Sequence record: KM407600
DNA: 64,000 nt
Direction: 5' to 3' (one strand)
DNA from: Shigella phage Shf125875
This document shows positions 60,590 to 64,000 of the stretch, piece by piece (position 1 is the first letter of the stretch; the number at the start of each line of letters is the position of its first letter). The notes under the pieces were generated by a model. It worked only from the letters and a program-made list of their open reading frames with translations, did not search any database and was not told the origin of the DNA. Both the position numbers and the translations under genes were made by a program.

Positions 60590-60730
60590 TCACCATATTA
60601 ATGAACGAATAACTATTATAACATCTGAAATGAAAAGCACTACTTGGATTAGTCCAAACATCACACCGTAGTACCGAATCGTAAACAACAACAAGAGCCC
60701 GAAGGCTCCTGCTAAGATTTTCTTAATCAT
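60590..60730 (-). CDS. small hydrophobic peptide (46 aa), doubtful
   Basis: Hand-translated MIKKILAGAFGLLLLFTIRYYGVMFGLIQVVLFISDVIIVIRSLIW; overlaps a UUCG hairpin and a TGnTATAAT promoter element, so it may be non-coding. Confidence 0.25.
   Translation of the reverse strand: MIKKILAGAFGLLLLFTIRYYGVMFGLIQVVLFISDVIIVIRSLIW
60612..60623 (-). promoter_or_regulatory. extended -10 promoter candidate (TGTTATAAT) for gene 52
   Basis: TGnTATAAT on the minus strand about 30 nt upstream of the 52 ATG; a TGCTT motif lies further upstream but is mis-spaced for a canonical MotA box. Confidence 0.35.
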
Positions 60731-60876
60731 TACTCGCCTTTTAACACATTAAGAAGAGCTAAGACCGCTAAGGTACCTTGTGATACGGCCTGTTGAAATA
60801 CCGTTGTTTCGCCTGTAACTAAAGTGTTAACGAATAAAAACGACCAACACAACAATGCAATAATCCATGATACCAT
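60730..60876 (-). CDS. small hydrophobic membrane peptide (48 aa; ac position)
   Basis: Hand-translated MVSWIIALLCWSFLFVNTLVTGETTVFQQAVSQGTLAVLALLNVLKGE; GAGG Shine-Dalgarno 8 nt upstream. Confidence 0.45.
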   Translation of the reverse strand: MVSWIIALLCWSFLFVNTLVTGETTVFQQAVSQGTLAVLALLNVLKGE

Positions 60877-60889
60877 TTTAATTACCTCA

Positions 60890-60921
60890 CAAATAAATTA
60901 AAGGCCTAACTTAATAGGCCT
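60890..60921 (-). terminator. hairpin plus U-rich tract after ndd
   Basis: aggcct-aacttaat-aggcct followed on the minus strand by uaauuuauuug. Confidence 0.45.
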
Positions 60922-60928
60922 GTATAAA

Positions 60929-61375
60929 TTAGTAACTCTGCAGAATAAATTTGAAATTATCGGCCAGAAGACGGTTCATTTCAGTGAGTGTTTGATATTC
61001 TGATGTATGGTTGCGAGTGAATGCCAGAGCCAATTGACCTTTACCATAACCAGTAGTCAGGGGTTTCATGTTCTTGGCTGAAACAAAGATTACGTCATAT
61101 TCAATATTATTAGTGCCCATGGTACGGGCTAGTTGCGAACGGCCTTGACGAATGTGAGAAAGAATTGCATCCAACCCTTGTTTAGAACGTTGACGTCCTA
61201 CAAAGAATCGTGCTGCTACTTGTCGCCAGTCAGATGAACCTTTAACAAAGAAGTAAAAACCTTCACGAGAACGAAACTCTTTAGAAACTTCAGAACCGTA
61301 TTCGCCATTACGAACTACTGCAACAACTTCACCGCCAACTGCCAGAAGGTCTTTACGAGTTAAATATTTGGACAT
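60929..61375 (-). CDS. ndd: Ndd nucleoid disruption protein
   Basis: 148-aa ORF recognised as T4 Ndd-like. Confidence 0.9.
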   Translation of the reverse strand: MSKYLTRKDLLAVGGEVVAVVRNGEYGSEVSKEFRSREGFYFFVKGSSDWRQVAARFFVGRQRSKQGLDAILSHIRQGRSQLARTMGTNNIEYDVIFVSAKNMKPLTTGYGKGQLALAFTRNHTSEYQTLTEMNRLLADNFKFILQSY

Positions 61376-61419
61376 GCTAATTTCCTCAATTGATTAATGT
61401 TTTTGTAATCCATGAGAGC

Positions 61420-61449
61420 ATTATACTCTGCTCTCAAGAGTTTGTACAA
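61420..61449 (-). promoter_or_regulatory. early promoter for ndd
   Basis: TTGTACA, 17 nt, TATAAT; near-duplicate of the promoter at 31770..31799. Confidence 0.6.
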
Positions 61450-61451
61450 TT

Positions 61452-61652
61452 TTATTCGGCTATATCAGAACGTTCAAAAAGCTCTTCAACAGTTAAACAT
61501 TCAGTGTCATCTTCAATAAAGAATCGAGTCCAACACGTTGGGGCGATACAGTTATGAGTTTGTCCGGCGATAGAAGCTACACGAATAAGCTGCTGACCAT
61601 TATTCAGAACAAATTTTTCACCAATTTCAACATCTTTAAAAAGCTTAGCCAT
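61452..61652 (-). CDS. hypothetical early protein (ndd.1 position)
   Basis: 66-aa ORF with early promoter at 61681-61710. Confidence 0.45.
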   Translation of the reverse strand: MAKLFKDVEIGEKFVLNNGQQLIRVASIAGQTHNCIAPTCWTRFFIEDDTECLTVEELFERSDIAE

Positions 61653-61680
61653 TTTGTGTTCCTCATGTTTCAGTAGGACT

Positions 61681-61710
61681 ACTATACCATAATCCTACCG
61701 TGATGTAAAC
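61681..61710 (-). promoter_or_regulatory. early promoter
   Basis: GTTTACA, 17 nt, TATAGT; upstream of ORF 61452..61652. Confidence 0.6.
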
Positions 61711-61902
61711 AATTAAATTACATTAAAATATGTTAAAGCCAGCCATGTTCCAGTGAACGAACATGCAATGTAAAAACCAGTATCACAAATTGTTTTTAGT
61801 ACAATAAGAAGTGCATTTTTCATAAGTACCTCAACACAATTGAAAATATTATACAAATCATTGGGATACTAAGCAACCATATTCCAATCCACATTTTAGA
61901 GC

Positions 61903-62166
61903 TCATATCTCAACTTCCGCGAGTTCCATATATCCTTTGTTGATAACCTCTTTAAGGTCTTTAGAAAGAATAACACCAAAATGGTCATTCATATGTCCAT
62001 TAACTAAACGAGTTATTTCGGCTTCGGATGACATATAAGGCACGTCTGAGTCCCAATGAGATAGACCTAAATGAGTATAAATCATCCCTTCGTCATCTGC
62101 AGTGTTGTACATTGAAACAAACTCACCAGTCACTTTATGTTTTGCGTAGAAAAATTTAAATTTCAT
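61903..62166 (-). CDS. hypothetical early protein
   Basis: 87-aa ORF with early promoter at 62193-62222. Confidence 0.45.
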   Translation of the reverse strand: MKFKFFYAKHKVTGEFVSMYNTADDEGMIYTHLGLSHWDSDVPYMSSEAEITRLVNGHMNDHFGVILSKDLKEVINKGYMELAEVEI

Positions 62167-62192
62167 GATGTTATCCTCTTTTAGATAGGACT

Positions 62193-62222
62193 ACTATATC
62201 ATAGTCCTACTTAGTTGTAAAC
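62193..62222 (-). promoter_or_regulatory. early promoter
   Basis: GTTTACA, 17 nt, TATAGT; upstream of ORF 61903..62166. Confidence 0.6.
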
Positions 62223-62234
62223 ACTTTTATGAAA

Positions 62235-62792
62235 TTAAAGATGAAGATACCACCCGTTGTAGTTGCTCTTGCGGACGATTTTCTTTAGGTCTTCATGGTC
62301 TCCAACGAACTTTATAGAATAAGAGAAGACGTCAGGTGAGGTTTCTTTGACATTCAATATAATAATACAGTCAGCGACTCGATGATTAAGGAAGGGCCCT
62401 ATGTTGATTCCGTTGCCACCCGGATAATCACCACTGTATCCTGTGGTAACAGAAATCCATTTAGAATCCATCTGATGTGTCTTGACTTCTACACGAATTC
62501 CACAATATTTGGGATGGGCTAACACGTCCCACGCATACGTGTACGGGTCTTCTACATCTTCAATACCTTTATTAACATATCCGTCTAGCCAATTTGCTAC
62601 TACATACTCTGCAAAGACTGCAACCTTACAACGTCGAACTACATCTTCTTTGTTTTGGTCTGGATTTTGGCTCAGGGAATACCGAGCGGTGTCAGCAATC
62701 TTCACTTTCATTTCACTAGTCAAAAACTCATTCGACAGGATAAATGTCGGAAGATTCTTCAGTCTCAACAGTCCCAAGTTCGTCTTTACCAT
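62235..62792 (-). CDS. denB: endonuclease IV (DenB), putative
   Basis: Track ORF trimmed to Met22 (185 aa, the T4 DenB size) with an AGGT Shine-Dalgarno; assignment rests on position and size only. Confidence 0.55.
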   Translation of the reverse strand: MVKTNLGLLRLKNLPTFILSNEFLTSEMKVKIADTARYSLSQNPDQNKEDVVRRCKVAVFAEYVVANWLDGYVNKGIEDVEDPYTYAWDVLAHPKYCGIRVEVKTHQMDSKWISVTTGYSGDYPGGNGINIGPFLNHRVADCIIILNVKETSPDVFSYSIKFVGDHEDLKKIVRKSNYNGWYLHL

Positions 62793-63015
62793 AGATACCT
62801 CTGATGTGTAGTTCGCCAAAATAAATGCGGTCTCCTTCTTCAAGATAGTTAGCATCTACCGGTGGGATTTCAATAACAACTTCGTCGCATTCTAACCAGC
62901 CGTAGTGTGCATCACCAGGATGTTTTACCAATTTAGCACAATAAACTGATTTACACTTATGATGACCACGAAGATTAGCAATTTTGGATTCTGATACGTC
63001 AAATGGATGAATCAT
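62728..63015 (-). CDS. hypothetical protein
   Basis: Track ORF trimmed to Met18; overlaps the proposed denB start by 65 nt in another frame. Confidence 0.35.
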   Translation of the reverse strand: MIHPFDVSESKIANLRGHHKCKSVYCAKLVKHPGDAHYGWLECDEVVIEIPPVDANYLEEGDRIYFGELHIRGIYGKDELGTVETEESSDIYPVE

Positions 63016-63025
63016 AATTACCCCT

Positions 63026-63050
63026 AAAGAAAAAGGGGACCGAAGTCCCC
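63026..63050 (-). terminator. terminator after rIIB
   Basis: Minus strand reads ggggacttcggtcccc then ttttttcttt. Confidence 0.75.
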
Positions 63051-63055
63051 AATTA

Positions 63056-63991
63056 TTATTCTGCAAATAATTCAGTAACGTCTGAAATTACTTCATAACG
63101 ACAAGTACGCATCTTAGCATCACCATAGTCAACTGGGATGGATACAACATCACGTGGATGAACTTTAACCTTAACAACTTTATCTGAGCTTGAACCAAAG
63201 TGGCGAATATAAGATTTAGCACAAACGTGGAGACCGCGAGAACAGGTTTGAGTATCATCGTCGTTAACTCGAGTACGAGGCATTGAAACAACTTTACCTG
63301 GGGAGTTATCAAATGTACCACTATAGCAGTCTAAATAGTCTTTACGAACTACTTTCCACGCATAGAAATACCCATCTTCAGTGATTTCAATATCGTTTGC
63401 AACCAAGAAGTCGAATAAACGTTGTACAGCTTTTTCGCTTGGGTTTTCTAACAGGTTTTCAAGGAACGGCAGATAGAATTTAAAGTCTTCGCCTTTTTCC
63501 ATGGAATCAATAATACGATTAACCAGTCCTGAACGAATTTCTATACCTTGATAAAATAAACTACCACCTTCAATAGTAACATTACCGTCAACAAACTTAG
63601 TAATAGCTTTCTTGATGTTAATAAGTTCGACAGCTTTACTAAGGTTTCCTGCGACCAGATTAGCTTTAATTTCTTCAAAATTTGCATGACTTGATGGGGT
63701 CGCATTGTATGCTACGCGTCCTTCAATGATTGAAATAAATTTAGATGACGCGTTCCATACGATTTCTGGACGATGACCTGTAATAATAGGTTCATTATTT
63801 TCTGGGACCTGTTCTTCGTCTTCAAATTCAGCGGCTTTCTCTTCAGCTTTAAAATTCTTAACAATCTTACGAAGAGTGTCGGTGGAAATATTGAAGTAAT
63901 CAGCAATTTCCTGACGAGTCCATTGGCCTGATTTAACCAGTCCGTAAGCTTCTAACTGTTCTTCTTGGGACAAGCATTTGATATTGTACAT
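63056..63991 (-). CDS. rIIB: rIIB membrane-associated protein
   Basis: 311-aa ORF recognised as T4 rIIB-like. Confidence 0.93.
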   Translation of the reverse strand: MYNIKCLSQEEQLEAYGLVKSGQWTRQEIADYFNISTDTLRKIVKNFKAEEKAAEFEDEEQVPENNEPIITGHRPEIVWNASSKFISIIEGRVAYNATPSSHANFEEIKANLVAGNLSKAVELINIKKAITKFVDGNVTIEGGSLFYQGIEIRSGLVNRIIDSMEKGEDFKFYLPFLENLLENPSEKAVQRLFDFLVANDIEITEDGYFYAWKVVRKDYLDCYSGTFDNSPGKVVSMPRTRVNDDDTQTCSRGLHVCAKSYIRHFGSSSDKVVKVKVHPRDVVSIPVDYGDAKMRTCRYEVISDVTELFAE

Positions 63992-64000
63992 AATGTTTCC

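Overview
This window is a contiguous segment of a T4-like (T-even, Tequatrovirus-type) myovirus genome with gene order almost fully syntenic with phage T4. It runs from the prohead genes 67(partial)/68/21/22/23/24 through rnlB, hoc, inh, uvsW, uvsY, the baseplate genes 25/26/51/27/28/29/48/54, alt, DNA ligase 30, rIII, 31, cd, pseT, the pseT.3/pseT.2 spanin pair, alc, rnlA, denA, nrdB, nrdA, td, frd, 32, 59, 33, dsbA, rnh, the long tail fibre genes 34/35/36/37 with a T2-type gp38 adhesin, holin t, asiA, motA, 52, ndd, denB and rIIB. All gene identifications are from my own recognition of the translated ORFs plus synteny; no database search was run. The regulatory layout is also T4-like: TATAAATA late promoters before plus-strand structural genes, about 16 sigma70-type early promoters (GTTTAC -35, TA(C/T)(T/A)AT -10) before minus-strand early genes, many UUCG-loop hairpin terminators, and the gene 32 translational operator. 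The strongest candidate for something unusual is an intact class I DAHP synthase (AroG/F/H-like, 330 aa) sitting between cd and pseT where T4 has only small cd.x ORFs. Other points worth a second look are a GIY-YIG homing endonuclease between 59 and 33, intron-less nrdB and td, a 268-bp ORF-free segment downstream of rIII, inverted repeats built around the -10 element of many early promoters, and several small early ORFs of unknown function in the asiA-motA and td-frd intervals. No tRNA, CRISPR array, integrase or prophage junction was seen.
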